Both the position numbers and the translations under genes were made by a program. DNA of 64,000 nucleotides, taken from Candidatus Bathyarchaeota archaeon. GTDB lineage: Archaea > Thermoproteota > Bathyarchaeia > Bathyarchaeales > Bathycorpusculaceae. Numbering within the stretch: the stretch's first letter is position 1; every line of letters begins with the position of its first letter. The notes under the pieces are model-generated. The model was not told the origin of the DNA. It did not search any database and saw only the letters and a program-made list of their open reading frames with translations. Positions 10,502 through 21,798 of the stretch are shown here, one piece after another. The DNA lies in NCBI GenBank assembly GCA_963767735.1, contig CAVYES010000005.1:416001-480000 (forward strand). The letters run 5' to 3'.

Positions 10502-11266
10502 TTGAAGCTAACCAAGTCTTTTATGGGGAATCTGAAGAAAACCTCAGCTATCCTAATTCTGCTCATTATAGTTCTTGCCATGTCAGCAGCCAATGCAGCC
10601 CACGCTCTTGGAGTAACTGCCACGGTGACGGTTGGAAACCTCCCTGGGGCAGTGGCTTATGATTCCGCCAAGGGAGAAATATTCGTAGCCAATGAGGGAG
10701 TCATATCTGGTACCAGCATGATTTCGGTCATATCGGACAGCGACAACGCGGTGGTTGCAACAATACCCGTTGGAGAAGGTCCCTATGGCGTTGCTTACAG
10801 TTCTGGCAAGGGCGAAATATTCGTAACCAATAATTACGACAACACGACCTCGGTCATATCGGACGGCAACAACACTGTAGTTGCGACCATACCCGTAGAA
10901 GCTCCCTTTGGCGTTGCTTACGATTCAGGCAAGGGCGAAATATTTGTAACCAATACTCTTTTCGAGCCTTCTCTTCTCAACCCTACCACCAATTTTATTT
11001 CCAACACGGTTTCGGTACTATCAGATTCCTCTGGCACATCTGCGTCTCCAACTCCAGCAACATCCGTGTCGCCAACGCCAACTGCACCAGAGTTCAACAC
11101 CGAGACCCTCATTTTAGAACTGTCAGTAATGGTAGCAGTGTCCTTTAGTGCGGTTGCATTGGCATATAAAAAATCGATCCGAACTATCTCTGATTCCAAG
11201 CAGACGAAAAAGTTGAGCTTAAACTCATCAGAAATAACAAATTTTAGGGACGAACCAGCGCGCTAA
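10502..11266 (+). CDS. Secreted YncE/YVTN beta-propeller protein with PEF-type C-terminal anchor
   Basis: Repeats of VATIPVG..P.GVAYDSGKGEIFVTN; PT-rich linker; PEF followed by TM helix. Confidence 0.85.
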   Translation: MKLTKSFMGNLKKTSAILILLIIVLAMSAANAAHALGVTATVTVGNLPGAVAYDSAKGEIFVANEGVISGTSMISVISDSDNAVVATIPVGEGPYGVAYSSGKGEIFVTNNYDNTTSVISDGNNTVVATIPVEAPFGVAYDSGKGEIFVTNTLFEPSLLNPTTNFISNTVSVLSDSSGTSASPTPATSVSPTPTAPEFNTETLILELSVMVAVSFSAVALAYKKSIRTISDSKQTKKLSLNSSEITNFRDEPAR

Positions 11267-11367
11267 CTTTTCATTTTGCCTGAGCCTTTGGAGACTTGTC
11301 GAAATACTTTTGCTTTATAGCCCACATTTACCCGCAGAGTTAATAACTAAAGAAAAGCATATTTAAG

Positions 11368-12855
11368 TTGGAGCACTTTAGGTTTTGGAGAGTAATAGCT
11401 ACATTGTCTGTTTCTTACAAGATTGACACTGAAGTTCCTCCCAGCTACTATCAAAAACTATTCGACTTCATATACGCGCAATATTTGACGCCTCAGAAGC
11501 AGCGTTTCTCCAATCTCTCCAAAGAAATAACTCCAAGCAGCAGCCGCATCTCCTACGTTGTCTTAGGCGCGCAGGGAAAACAAATATTGCGTGTGGAGAT
11601 TGTAGGCACTGACTCTGTGAACATGACCATAACGCCCTTGGAATCGCAGGTTTCCGAAGAAGTAATTGCGGAAGCCCGACAGGACGCGGTTATTGCTACG
11701 CAGATGTTTGAGGCAAAAGCCCGCAAAGCCACATGGTACTTCGCGTGGCAGGAAGGCGAAAAAATCGTTCCCGAAAAGGTTAAGCTTCACGAAAAAAGCT
11801 TCCAACGCATCTTTTTGGAAACCCAAGTTCTCCTCTCCTTCGTATTCATAACCTTAGGACTGGGATTATTCATTGTCGTTTACACGTATTATCACCAGTA
11901 TTTCTGGATCGCCCCGCTAATCCTGATCGCGTCACAATCCGTGTTTATTTTCTACTCTGACAGAATCATTGCCAGATCAGGCGACTGGACCATCACCAAA
12001 GACAATCCATTCATACATTTCTTGGAGTACCAGCCGCCTATCGGTTCATTGGGTACGCTTGACGACTACAAACAAGTCCCGCCCGAGCAACTGGTAGCTA
12101 TCAAAAAGGAAGTCTACGAAGAAATTATAGCTAAGCACGGAGCAATCGACTGCAACGAAGCGGAAAGCGTCTTCTCCAAATACAACGTATCCTGCAGACA
12201 GGGCAGTTTGTCAGCCAAAAAAATCAATGTCTACGAGCTAGTGAAGAAGGTGGCGGACCGCTTTGGCTACAAAGTACCTAAAATCGTCATTTCAAACACC
12301 ATGGTTCCCAACGCAGCCGCTTCAGGACCCAGCCCCAAACGAGGCATAGTCCTCATAACAACTGGTTTGCTTGTGCAGCTTGATGAACCTGAAGTCGTAA
12401 GCGTCTTGGGGCACGAGTTTGGTCACCTCAAGGGCAGAGATCCGCTTATCCTATTTGGATTATTAAGCGCAGAGTTCATATTTCGCTTCTACGTTTTGCT
12501 CGCGCTGTTCCCAGAAATATTTTTGTCTATACTGTTCTTCGTTTACTTTTTTGCAGTCATGACGCTCATATTCTTCATAGCCAAATTCTTCGAAGCCCGC
12601 GCTGACCTAACGTCTGCCATAATGATGGGGCAGCCCCAAGTCTTAGCGCACTCACTGGAAAAAATCGGTTTCCAGCGCCTCTTATTCGAACGCACACCCA
12701 GTTTCCGCCTCCAAGAATGGGTAGGATTAGACAGCCACCCCCCCATATACTGGCGAGTAGACCGCTTAGAAAAACTCACTGAACCCGTACAAGTCAAACA
12801 CCCTCTTATCCAATCCATCAAAGAAGTACTCAGCGGATTCCGCGCAACCCTATAA
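11368..12855 (+). CDS. M48 (HtpX-like) zinc metalloprotease with N-terminal extension
   Basis: [23 protein letters not shown]; start may be TTG 11404. Confidence 0.9.
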   Translation: MEHFRFWRVIATLSVSYKIDTEVPPSYYQKLFDFIYAQYLTPQKQRFSNLSKEITPSSSRISYVVLGAQGKQILRVEIVGTDSVNMTITPLESQVSEEVIAEARQDAVIATQMFEAKARKATWYFAWQEGEKIVPEKVKLHEKSFQRIFLETQVLLSFVFITLGLGLFIVVYTYYHQYFWIAPLILIASQSVFIFYSDRIIARSGDWTITKDNPFIHFLEYQPPIGSLGTLDDYKQVPPEQLVAIKKEVYEEIIAKHGAIDCNEAESVFSKYNVSCRQGSLSAKKINVYELVKKVADRFGYKVPKIVISNTMVPNAAASGPSPKRGIVLITTGLLVQLDEPEVVSVLGHEFGHLKGRDPLILFGLLSAEFIFRFYVLLALFPEIFLSILFFVYFFAVMTLIFFIAKFFEARADLTSAIMMGQPQVLAHSLEKIGFQRLLFERTPSFRLQEWVGLDSHPPIYWRVDRLEKLTEPVQVKHPLIQSIKEVLSGFRATL

Positions 12856-12892
12856 CCACCTACATTCAACATCTTTTATCAAGAACGTTTTT

Positions 12893-14857
12893 CTAAACGA
12901 TTGAATCTTGAGAGTTAACCTGATTCTCAGTTTTATTTGGTTCGTTGGGTTTCACGTTTTCACTGGTTTTTTGGTTCATCTGTCTTTTTTTCTTGGCGTA
13001 GACAAGCACTACTAAAAAGGTTGCAACTAAAAGAATTGTCAAGCCAACGTATGGAAATAGCGATCCGTTTTTATTAATTGTTTTTCCCTTGCTCGTTTGA
13101 GGTTGAACCAGATTACTAAAAGTGTTGACTGTCAAGTTTTTGAAAATTACGGCGTTATCTACGTTGTTTGTTATTAACATTACCATTTCATTGCTGTTAG
13201 TTGCGTTGTAAGGAGATACCGTGCTTTCGATAAGGGTGCCATTTGTATTGTATAAGTTAGCAGCTATTCCGTTGTCTGATATGGTTGCTGTGATGTTGTA
13301 CCATGCGTTTTCTTTTATGTCCTCAGAAGCGTTCATGAAACCCGTGTTGTATCCAACACTTTGTGTTATGTTAGACATTTCATAATCGTTTAGTGCACTA
13401 ACGTTTAAGCTGTAATTTCCGCTGTTATTTTGAAGGATGAAACAAAACTGATTGTTTATTGTTTGATTAAAATCGCTTGGCAACATTAGAGGCGCCAAGC
13501 CTTGTGGAATGTTTACAGGTATTGTCATTGTTTCCTTAGGTATCTGTATCGTTCTCATTTGGTTGATTCTTCCAAATCCCATCGTTTGTGTGCTTGCCGG
13601 AATTGTTATTGTTTCTGTTTGAACATTGGATCCCGTTTGCCCAGCTTGAAGTATAGTAAAATCGTAGCTGAAAGAAACAACTGTCCCTAATGGGATGTTA
13701 AGAAAATCGTTAACGCCTAGCAGTGGTTGGGCCACGTAAGATGCAAACGCTGCTTGCCCATAGATGTAGTTATAGCCGATGGCGTTAAACTGAACAAATG
13801 ATTCAGGACCGGCAAAAACTACAAGCGTTTCGCTGTCTGCACCGGCATAATTTGAAACGCCACTCCAACTTGTTCTGATATAGTACGTGCCTGATGAAGT
13901 GAAGTTCCATGTCAACATGTACCCGCCGCTGTCATTTGTTGCTGTGGTGAAATAATTATAGGCCGATCCGTTATTCACATATACAGAGACGTTTTCCATC
14001 GCGTATGTAGGTGAAATTGAACCTGAAATAGCAAGAGCACGCGGATTTTCTCCGATGCTTGATTGTATTTGAGACATATTAGCACTTGCCGGTTCCTGGG
14101 ACAGACCAATAGTTATAGATGAAGGAAGCATCGGAGTGTTCAAACTTGCTGAAACTTGTCCTGGAGATGATTGCTCAGTGCCATTAAGAGGAATAATGAC
14201 GGGCACTGACCCAGATAGGGATGCTGATTGGTCTCCAACTTTCCAGTCTTCAGCAGGGGTGCATTCAGCCGTCCAATAAGTTTTATTGTCATAGACGAAA
14301 TCGGTAGGTGCCATTCCAGCAGTATGAAAGACCGGCGTGTAGGGGAGATAAACTCCAACATTCATGTGACCGGGGGTTATGTCTATATAATGAATCAAAA
14401 CCACATCTAAGCCTCCAGCCATCATTATAGAAGCCGCAAGGAGCGACAACGCAACGCAATCTCCAGAATTGTTTACAAGAGTTTCAACCGGATATTCCGG
14501 TTCGTTAACAGCATACGGGATTTGGTGAACCAACGTTAACACCGCATCAGCGAACCGTTCGTCGCTGTAGGAGAGATTACTGGTGATGTTTTGAATGCTC
14601 TCCGCAATGGGTTCGACAGCTTGAGGCGTAACAAAATTTGCGTAATCACTATCGCTATTTACTGCATGGCTCATATTACCATAATAATCGTAGAGCGAAG
14701 GCGTTACTGAAACATACAGCCTATGGCTGAGGATCCCGTATTGAGCTTGAAAAGTACTGGTTTTTTCGCAGTTCGCTACTAAAGAGGTAGGCGTTATGAA
14801 GACCAGTAGAAAAATGCAAATCAGCACGATTATGGGTTTACGAAACTTAAAATACAT
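12893..14857 (-). CDS. Secreted, membrane-anchored protein with transglutaminase-like domain
   Basis: Signal peptide, YPVETL..GDC..H..ECT, many NxS/T sequons, C-terminal TM. Confidence 0.8.
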   Translation of the reverse strand: MYFKFRKPIIVLICIFLLVFITPTSLVANCEKTSTFQAQYGILSHRLYVSVTPSLYDYYGNMSHAVNSDSDYANFVTPQAVEPIAESIQNITSNLSYSDERFADAVLTLVHQIPYAVNEPEYPVETLVNNSGDCVALSLLAASIMMAGGLDVVLIHYIDITPGHMNVGVYLPYTPVFHTAGMAPTDFVYDNKTYWTAECTPAEDWKVGDQSASLSGSVPVIIPLNGTEQSSPGQVSASLNTPMLPSSITIGLSQEPASANMSQIQSSIGENPRALAISGSISPTYAMENVSVYVNNGSAYNYFTTATNDSGGYMLTWNFTSSGTYYIRTSWSGVSNYAGADSETLVVFAGPESFVQFNAIGYNYIYGQAAFASYVAQPLLGVNDFLNIPLGTVVSFSYDFTILQAGQTGSNVQTETITIPASTQTMGFGRINQMRTIQIPKETMTIPVNIPQGLAPLMLPSDFNQTINNQFCFILQNNSGNYSLNVSALNDYEMSNITQSVGYNTGFMNASEDIKENAWYNITATISDNGIAANLYNTNGTLIESTVSPYNATNSNEMVMLITNNVDNAVIFKNLTVNTFSNLVQPQTSKGKTINKNGSLFPYVGLTILLVATFLVVLVYAKKKRQMNQKTSENVKPNEPNKTENQVNSQDSIV

Positions 14858-15431
14858 ACAAACCCAACAAACTTTTTGACATCATTACACTTTAAATAAA
14901 ACGCGTAATAGAAGCGTTACGTTATTTATATTTTTTGTGTTTTGGTCTTTGGGCCAATCTTAGTTGAACTTTGGTCTTTTTTCAGAGAGCATATTTGTGA
15001 ACAAAAACGTTTGAGAAAAGAACTTCCTTTTGCGAATCATCCTTGTTCTGCCCCACCACAACTCACATGTTCTCTCATAAAAGAAAAGCTTCTCGCACAC
15101 TTCTACACACATTTCTTAAAAAAATTGTAGAGAAAAACATTTGCCAATGCGTTTTAGGTTTCGACAGCGCCTTTCAGGGGAAGCCTTCGCATCAACCTTA
15201 AATTTGTTAAGGCAGCCATTTAATTTACATTTCTCTTCGAAGCTAAATATTACTGCTTTGCAAACGGTACTCAAAAACGAAGACCTTTGAAAACTCGAAT
15301 TCAGACTAGTTTTAAAATTGCTAATGCATAAAAAAAATGGTTTGACACTCGGATAACATAAACTTACTGCGATTAAAAATGGTTTTCACAATTTAAAGCG
15401 CAAGCTCGCACAGGAAAAAACATAGCTTGTG

Positions 15432-15806
15432 TTATTCAAATTTCTTGCCACATTTTTGGCAGTATTGGGCATCAATATTTCTTTTTGCTCCACAGTTTAG
15501 ACAAGCACCCGGATTTGCTGTGGGCAGTTGTTTCTCTGCGTCTTTTATTTTCTCTCTGATTTGCCGTTCTGCGATGTAACCTGTAATCAGCAGAACAATT
15601 CCAGCAATTAATACAGGAATGGCGTAATTTTGATAGGGAGTAAAAGCTAAACCAATCTGACCAATCAAGGTAGTTTTATAGTACAAATATCCATAAAGAC
15701 CCAATAAAAGAAAAAGCCCGCCGAAAACATAGCCAAATGAGCTAACTATTCTCCAATTCTGATGAGTCAAATGTAATCTTTTGTCGCGATTCGCATTCGT
15801 TTTCAT
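15432..15806 (-). CDS. Two-TM membrane protein with C-terminal zinc ribbon
   Basis: Two hydrophobic helices, CLNCG..YCQKCG. Confidence 0.8.
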   Translation of the reverse strand: MKTNANRDKRLHLTHQNWRIVSSFGYVFGGLFLLLGLYGYLYYKTTLIGQIGLAFTPYQNYAIPVLIAGIVLLITGYIAERQIREKIKDAEKQLPTANPGACLNCGAKRNIDAQYCQKCGKKFE

Positions 15807-16046
15807 CTAATTCATCACTATGTATCCGTATGAGCTTTTACTAGGCTGAAGAAAAAATCGATTTATACATGTTTGCTTTTTCGAGAGGCAAAATGCAGTT
15901 TTCAGTCCAAAGCGGTTTTTCCAAGTCAGTGCTTTGTTCAAAGAATCTTATTTTCTTATCATAACTTTTAGCTGATAGTTTCAGGTTTATTAGATTCCAC
16001 TAAGCGCTAATGATTTTTTCATTAACTTTACTACAAGAGATTTTAG

Positions 16047-16119
16047 TAGCCCGGGAGAGATTCGGACTCTCGTCGGCGGGTCCAAAGCCCGCTATGCTTG
16101 ACCACTACACCACCGGGCT
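16047..16119 (-). tRNA. tRNA-Gln (UUG)
   Basis: 73-nt cloverleaf; anticodon arm GCGGG-CT-TTG-GA-CCCGC. Confidence 0.95.
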
Positions 16120-16422
16120 GCAGTCTTTTTTATTGTTGATGCTGAGTTTTAGGACATTTTTTATCCTAATAAGCGTTCTTCATAAGAAATGAGGGTTGGC
16201 ATTTTGTATTTCATTAACATTTTCTTTATGCTAATCTCCATATGCCATGTGTGGATGGTGTATAAATTTGTTAGATAAACTGTGCAATAACTTTATTAAG
16301 ACCACAAAGCTTAAATAAAAGTGGTATTCCATACCTTAGTCTGCGCGGGCCGGATGTACTGTTTTTCTAGCCAGATTGGCCTATAGTGACGGTTCTACGC
16401 ATGTTCCAAAGGAGTAGAAAAA

Positions 16423-17361
16423 ATGAGCAAAAAAGAAACTAAAACACAAACGCGCTTGTCTGACAAGTGCGCAGAGTGCGGTAGCGAAAACCTAGTTCAC
16501 GATTACGACACCGGAGAAACCGTTTGCGGAGACTGCGGCTTAGTTTTGTACGAGCAAATGATGGACAAAGGACCCGAATGGCGCGCTTTTACTCAAGAGG
16601 AGAAAGCGTCAAGAAGCCGAGTTGGAGTTCCCACATCATACTCTGTTCATGACAAAGGCTTATCCACGGCCATCAGCCAAGTGGACCGAGACGCATTCGG
16701 AAGAAAACTACCGCTATCCACAAGGCTGCAAATGTGGCGCCTTAGAAAATGGCAAATACGCAGTCGAGTACACTCATCTGTCGACCGAAACCTAGCTCAA
16801 GCAATGGCAGAACTCGATCGTCTCTCCGACAAAGTTTACATTCCACCACCAATCAAAGAAAAAGCCGCTGTAATTTACCGAAAAGCCTTAGACAAAGGCC
16901 TTGTTCGGGGCAGATCAATTGCCGCTATAGCCGCTGCTGCACTTTATGCTGCTTGCCGCGGAAGCGGAACACCGCGTACTTTGCGGGAAATTGCTGAAGC
17001 TAGTCTTGTCGATAAGAAGGACGTCGCAAGATGCTACAGGCTATTACTGCGTGAGCTTGATGTTCACATGCCTATTGCTGACCCACTTACTTACGTGTCT
17101 AAAATCGCTGAAAAAACTGGAATTTCAGGCAAGACACAGGGTGCTGCCATCCAAATTCTCAGGGAGGCTAGACGCAAACGTGCTGCTGCCGGAAAAGACC
17201 CGATGGGCTTAGCTGCTGCCGCCTTATACATTGCTTGCTTGCAGAACAACGAGAAAAAGACCCAAAAAGACATCGCTGAAGCCGCCGGCGTAACTGAAGT
17301 AACAGTTCGCAACCGTTACAAAACGCTTAAGAAACAATTGAACCTTGAATTGCCAGATTAA
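16423..17361 (+). CDS. tfb: Transcription initiation factor IIB
   Basis: Zn ribbon, GPEWRAF, two cyclin folds, GVTEVTVRNRY. Confidence 0.97.
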   Translation: MSKKETKTQTRLSDKCAECGSENLVHDYDTGETVCGDCGLVLYEQMMDKGPEWRAFTQEEKASRSRVGVPTSYSVHDKGLSTAISQVDRDAFGRKLPLSTRLQMWRLRKWQIRSRVHSSVDRNLAQAMAELDRLSDKVYIPPPIKEKAAVIYRKALDKGLVRGRSIAAIAAAALYAACRGSGTPRTLREIAEASLVDKKDVARCYRLLLRELDVHMPIADPLTYVSKIAEKTGISGKTQGAAIQILREARRKRAAAGKDPMGLAAAALYIACLQNNEKKTQKDIAEAAGVTEVTVRNRYKTLKKQLNLELPD

Positions 17362-17591
17362 ACATTTTCTTTAGATGAAGAATCAGTTTCTTCTTTTTCT
17401 TTTTCAAGCGTCATAACAACGGTTCCAGTGTACCCACAATTTTCACAGTAATACTGTTCGCCCGTTAACCAAACACTCAGATTGCTCGTCAACTTTAACT
17501 TTGGACTACAACATCTCGGACAATAAATCTGCGTTCTTTTACGATGCTTAATCGATTTGAATACTTCGCGAACGTCATCTAGCTTTTTCAT
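17358..17591 (-). CDS. Small zinc-ribbon protein
   Basis: CPRC..Y.CENCGY.G. Confidence 0.75.
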   Translation of the reverse strand: MKKLDDVREVFKSIKHRKRTQIYCPRCCSPKLKLTSNLSVWLTGEQYYCENCGYTGTVVMTLEKEKEETDSSSKENV

Positions 17592-17620
17592 TAAATTGCA
17601 CCATTGTTATTGACTCGCGT

Positions 17621-17929
17621 TTATTGGACTTCGATATTTTCTGTGGGGTAACCCATTTTGATTAAGAATTCGCGTATTCTGTCTCTGTGGTCGCCTTGAA
17701 GCATAATTTGGCCGTTTTTGCTGGTCCCCCCGCATGCACAGTACGTTTTTAGTTTTTGTGCAACATTTGCCAAGTTTATGTTTTTATCTTCCATGCCGTC
17801 GATAACGGTGGTTGGTCTACCAAATTTACGTGTTTCAAGCCTAACGCGTATTCTCTGCTGCTCTTTTTCGATTTCTCCACAAACGCATAAGTCCTTTGGA
17901 AGCCCGCATGTTGAACAAACTTCAGCCAT
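17621..17929 (-). CDS. Translation initiation factor aIF1/SUI1
   Basis: CSTCGLPKDLCVC, LKTYCACGG, LQGDHR. Confidence 0.93.
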   Translation of the reverse strand: MAEVCSTCGLPKDLCVCGEIEKEQQRIRVRLETRKFGRPTTVIDGMEDKNINLANVAQKLKTYCACGGTSKNGQIMLQGDHRDRIREFLIKMGYPTENIEVQ

Positions 17930-18353
17930 GACACTCAACAGTGAATTAGCATCTGCAATATATAAAAGTTTCAAATCCACCCTGGCAACTTTCTTAGGTT
18001 ACTTTCATGTAGCGCCACTAGTAACCGCTTTAAAGCTTGGTCACTTAGCAGCAAAGCAGAAACTTGCACTGAATCGCAAAATTGCCATTTATTCATTCAT
18101 ATGGGCGTGCGCCAAGAAATGAGAAACTATAATTCAGCATGTTGCGAGGGCTAGTTTGTTTTCTCTGCTGATACTTTTACGCTTACCCCCGAGTTTGCTG
18201 CTTCTTTTACTTCTTCTAGCGTCAAAGTGTAAGATGCTCAGAAATTCTAAAGTGGAGGCGCCAATCAGGATTTTCGTATGTTGACGCTCCCGATTACCTT
18301 CGGGAAAATGCCCATCCGAGTTTATGCCATATAACATGCTAAGGTGACGAGAG

Positions 18354-19145
18354 TTGATACAAGAACAAACCTTTTGTGTATGTGAACCAGAAAAATGCGA
18401 TACCTTCCTGTTCATGAGCAAAAAACTCGGGATGGAAGTATTGCACCCTGGCGGGCTTCAAGCCACGAAACTAATGGCTGAGAAATGTAAAATCTCCCGT
18501 GACATGACCATCCTGGATGCGGGTTGCGGCAGCGGAAGCAGCAGCATTTTTCTGGCTAGGCGGTACGGTTGCCGAGTCGTCGGAATAGATGTTGACCCAA
18601 CCGCTCTAATGAAGGCACACGAAAAAGCATGCAGCAAGAATCTGCTCGACAGGGTTGCCTTCAGGCTTGCGGACTTGAATTCATTGTCACTTCAAGACAA
18701 CATGTTCGACGGAGCGATCTTCCAGGCTTCATTGATTTTCTGCGAAAAAGCCCGTGTGTTGCATGAAGTTAGCCATAAGATTCGTTCTGGCGGTTTCTTG
18801 GGTGCCGTCGAGTTGGCTTGGAAGGTAAAGCCTCCAGGCGAGATTTTAGCGAAAGTGAAAGGTATTCTTTGCGAAGCAGTCGTCAACGCTGAGTCTCATG
18901 ATGACTGGAATGCGTTGTTTGAGCGCTCAGGCCTTGATGTTAAAAGCAGCGAAATGCATGATTTGGATTTTGGCTTTCGTTTTATGCTAACTAATGAAGG
19001 CCTTTTCTCGACTATGCGGATAGCTTCAAAGTGCATTTTCAAACAAGAAGCGCGTAATAAGACTCGGGCGATAACAAACCTTTTCAAGGAAACAGAGGCA
19101 TACTTAGGATACGGCATCTACGTGTCCAGGAAACCAGCAAGTTGA
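18354..19145 (+). CDS. Class I SAM-dependent methyltransferase
   Basis: HPGG, ILDAGCGSG, VVGID. Confidence 0.9.
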   Translation: MIQEQTFCVCEPEKCDTFLFMSKKLGMEVLHPGGLQATKLMAEKCKISRDMTILDAGCGSGSSSIFLARRYGCRVVGIDVDPTALMKAHEKACSKNLLDRVAFRLADLNSLSLQDNMFDGAIFQASLIFCEKARVLHEVSHKIRSGGFLGAVELAWKVKPPGEILAKVKGILCEAVVNAESHDDWNALFERSGLDVKSSEMHDLDFGFRFMLTNEGLFSTMRIASKCIFKQEARNKTRAITNLFKETEAYLGYGIYVSRKPAS

Positions 19146-19765
19146 TAGAGGCAGTTCTTAACATACGAATCCCCGAACTTTGGGTCACACCAGTAACTGA
19201 GAAGTACGACGCGGAAGTTTCCTGCCAAATAGGCGGGCACTCTACGAAGACTGGTTGGGGCATCGTTACCATCAAAGGAGACGACAACATCATAGACAAA
19301 ATGGTGGAGGAAATAAGGAATCATTCGTCTGTCGGCAGAGTTGAAGTCAAGGACCGCCAGCCAGGTATGGTTTCGCTTCTGGTGGATGTGGTTCGATGTC
19401 GAGCGTGTAGGGTGCTCATCACTTCTAAAGCCTTCATGGTGTATCCAGTAGATATCAGAAAGGGAAGAATGAAGTGGCTCCTCATTACAGACACGAACAA
19501 AACAGTGGGAAAACTCTCTGAAGTGCTCAAACAGGTTGACTGCGACGTCAAACTCGAAAGAATAACCCTCCTAAGCGACAAAGGCGTTCTCACCAACAGG
19601 CAGGAAGAAACCATTCAAGTAGCCTTCGCGTCAGGATACTTCGACTTTCCACGGAAGATAGGCGGCCAGAAACTGGCGAACCAGTTGGGCGTGTCCGTCT
19701 CAACTCTTTCCGAGGTGATGAGGGCTGCTCAGCGCCGCATATTCGCCGAATACCTTCAAACCTGA
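19142..19765 (+). CDS. Bacterio-opsin-activator-type HTH regulator
   Basis: LTNRQ..AF.SGYFDFPR..LA.QLGVS.STLSE. Confidence 0.9.
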   Translation: MIEAVLNIRIPELWVTPVTEKYDAEVSCQIGGHSTKTGWGIVTIKGDDNIIDKMVEEIRNHSSVGRVEVKDRQPGMVSLLVDVVRCRACRVLITSKAFMVYPVDIRKGRMKWLLITDTNKTVGKLSEVLKQVDCDVKLERITLLSDKGVLTNRQEETIQVAFASGYFDFPRKIGGQKLANQLGVSVSTLSEVMRAAQRRIFAEYLQT

Positions 19766-19835
19766 GCTCGACGCACTAAACACCATGACTTCTAACCTAA
19801 GCGGTCCATCAAGAGCCGGTCGCATATGCCAGTGG

Positions 19836-20672
19836 CTAGTTTGTTTTCAATGCAGATACCTTTACACTTACCACAGAGTTTGCCGCTTCTCTTACTTCCG
19901 CTAGCGACATATCCAAACTCTTAACGATTTCTTGAGTTGCAGATTCGCTTATAATATATTCGAGCGGATACGTCTTTTCTTCAATTACTCTTACTTCCCG
20001 GAAACCAGCGCTTCGGATCAGTTCAAGGTATTTCTCTTTGATTTCCGCGCCTGAAATGCATCCTGCATAGGCTTCAACGTTTTCGCGTATGGATTTCGGC
20101 AGCCCTCTTAAGAGAACTATGTCCGAAACCATCAATCGCCCCTTAGGGGAAAGCACTCTGAAGGCTTCTTCAAAAACTCGCTTCTTATTTGGCGAGAGAT
20201 TGATTACGCAATTTGAGATTATAACATCAACCGAATTATCTGCAGCTGGAAGATTCTCGATTTCTCCAAGTCTGAACTCAACGTTTGTATATTTTCCTTT
20301 TCTCGCGTTCGCTCTTGCCTTGTCGATCATTTCAGGAGTCATATCTACGCCTATTACTTTGCCATTCTTGCCCACTTTATTGGCTGCCAAGAAACAGTCA
20401 AAGCCTGCTCCTGCACCCAGGTCAAGAACTGTCTCTCCCTCTTTTAGCGACGCCAACGCAGTTGGATTGCCACAGCCAAGACCCAGATTTGCTCCCTCGG
20501 GAACAGCGGTCATTTCATCTTCACTGTAGCCTATCATGTTGCTTACTTCCTTGCTGGTGGCTGAGCAACAGCTAATTGGCGACGCGCAACAAGAGCCATT
20601 GGTTTTGGCAACTTTTGCGTAGCGGTTTCTAACAAGTTTTTTAATTTTTTCTTCCTTCATAAAATCAATCAA
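19836..20672 (-). CDS. arsM: Arsenite methyltransferase
   Basis: NLGLGCGNP, LDLGAGAGFD, ISNCVINL, AGCISGA. Confidence 0.93.
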   Translation of the reverse strand: MIDFMKEEKIKKLVRNRYAKVAKTNGSCCASPISCCSATSKEVSNMIGYSEDEMTAVPEGANLGLGCGNPTALASLKEGETVLDLGAGAGFDCFLAANKVGKNGKVIGVDMTPEMIDKARANARKGKYTNVEFRLGEIENLPAADNSVDVIISNCVINLSPNKKRVFEEAFRVLSPKGRLMVSDIVLLRGLPKSIRENVEAYAGCISGAEIKEKYLELIRSAGFREVRVIEEKTYPLEYIISESATQEIVKSLDMSLAEVREAANSVVSVKVSALKTN

Positions 20673-20920
20673 GCCTCTTGTTCAATTGCACCTTTAATCA
20701 TGGGACCAATCGTTTTGCTTACCGCACCAGCTAACCTTTCAGCCTTAATCATCATAATGCAACACACTACGCCTTCTTTCTCCCAAGCCACAACAGCTAT
20801 CTTATCGTTAGGCTTGAAGTTCGCCTTCTCTCTAAGATCCTTAGGCAAAACAATTTGCCCTTTGATATCAATTGTTACAACTGCATCAATTCTACAGGCA
20901 TCGCAATCACAAGCACTCAT
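20669..20920 (-). CDS. AbrB-fold protein (HgcAB-associated-type family)
   Basis: Cys-rich N-terminus, VVTIDIKGQIVLPKDLREKA. Confidence 0.8.
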   Translation of the reverse strand: MSACDCDACRIDAVVTIDIKGQIVLPKDLREKANFKPNDKIAVVAWEKEGVVCCIMMIKAERLAGAVSKTIGPMIKGAIEQEA

Positions 20921-21099
20921 CCTAATCACCTTGACAAGAATAAATAATGTTATATTATTTAAATATTTCTTATTTTTCAGAAAAATCTTGAAAGTTTCCT
21001 CCACTTAATAAAATGAAGAAAATGAGAAAAGTCTTATTGATAAGCAAACATAGAAGTTTAGGAAAAATCATTTCCTCTGTCTCCATTCATCATCTCATA

Positions 21100-21429
21100 C
21101 TAGCTGCAGGTCATGTGCTCAAAAACCTCTTTCGTGAGAGCATCCACAAGTTCTGGCGTCAAGTCATCTGCAACATCATAAATTCTTTGGTCAACAATCG
21201 AGTACATTCGTTTGGTTCCATCCTTTCGGCATCTAACTATTCCCGCGTCTTTGAGGATTTTTAGGTGACGTGAAACTAGAGGTTGAATGAGGTTTAAATG
21301 TGGAACAATTTCGCATACACACTTTTCGCCATCCCGCAAAAATGAAAGTATTTCAAGTCTGATTGGATCGGAGAGCGCATGGAAAACTATTGATTTGAAA
21401 CGATTCTGATTTTCCACTTTTGCAGACAT
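21100..21429 (-). CDS. arsR: ArsR/SmtB transcriptional repressor
   Basis: FHALSDPIRLEIL, CVCE, VSRHLKILK. Confidence 0.92.
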   Translation of the reverse strand: MSAKVENQNRFKSIVFHALSDPIRLEILSFLRDGEKCVCEIVPHLNLIQPLVSRHLKILKDAGIVRCRKDGTKRMYSIVDQRIYDVADDLTPELVDALTKEVFEHMTCS

Positions 21430-21468
21430 GAATTACGTTAGAGTCAATAACAATATTTAAAAGTTGCT

Positions 21469-21792
21469 ATGAATAAGAAAACAGGCAATAAGGCGACAAA
21501 CATGGCCCAAGAAACCTGGCACGGAATCCCCCGAAGCAAAATACCTTGGTACCCAACAATCGACTATGAAAAATGCGTAAGCTGCGGAAAATGCGTAGAT
21601 TACTGTAAACTTGGAACATATGAAATAGAGGAGAAAAACGGAAACAAGAGACCGACAGTCAAAAACCCAAACAACTGCGTAGTACTCTGTAACGGTTGCG
21701 ACGCTATATGCCCCACTGGCGCGATCAAACACCCCTCGAAAACAGAGACCCGACAAATAATCAGAAAGTTGCGAGAAAAACCTTCCAGGTAA
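21469..21792 (+). CDS. 4Fe-4S dicluster ferredoxin
   Basis: CVSCGKCVDYC and CVVLCNGCDAICP. Confidence 0.88.
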   Translation: MNKKTGNKATNMAQETWHGIPRSKIPWYPTIDYEKCVSCGKCVDYCKLGTYEIEEKNGNKRPTVKNPNNCVVLCNGCDAICPTGAIKHPSKTETRQIIRKLREKPSR

Positions 21793-21798
21793 AAGGGC

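Noticed and set aside
16010-16192. 60-aa ORF
   Set aside because: Overlaps tRNA-Gln on the opposite strand; no coding evidence.
20669-21792. Mercury methylation (hgcAB) locus
   Set aside because: No HgcA corrinoid protein, and the ferredoxin lacks the C-terminal Cys pair typical of HgcB.
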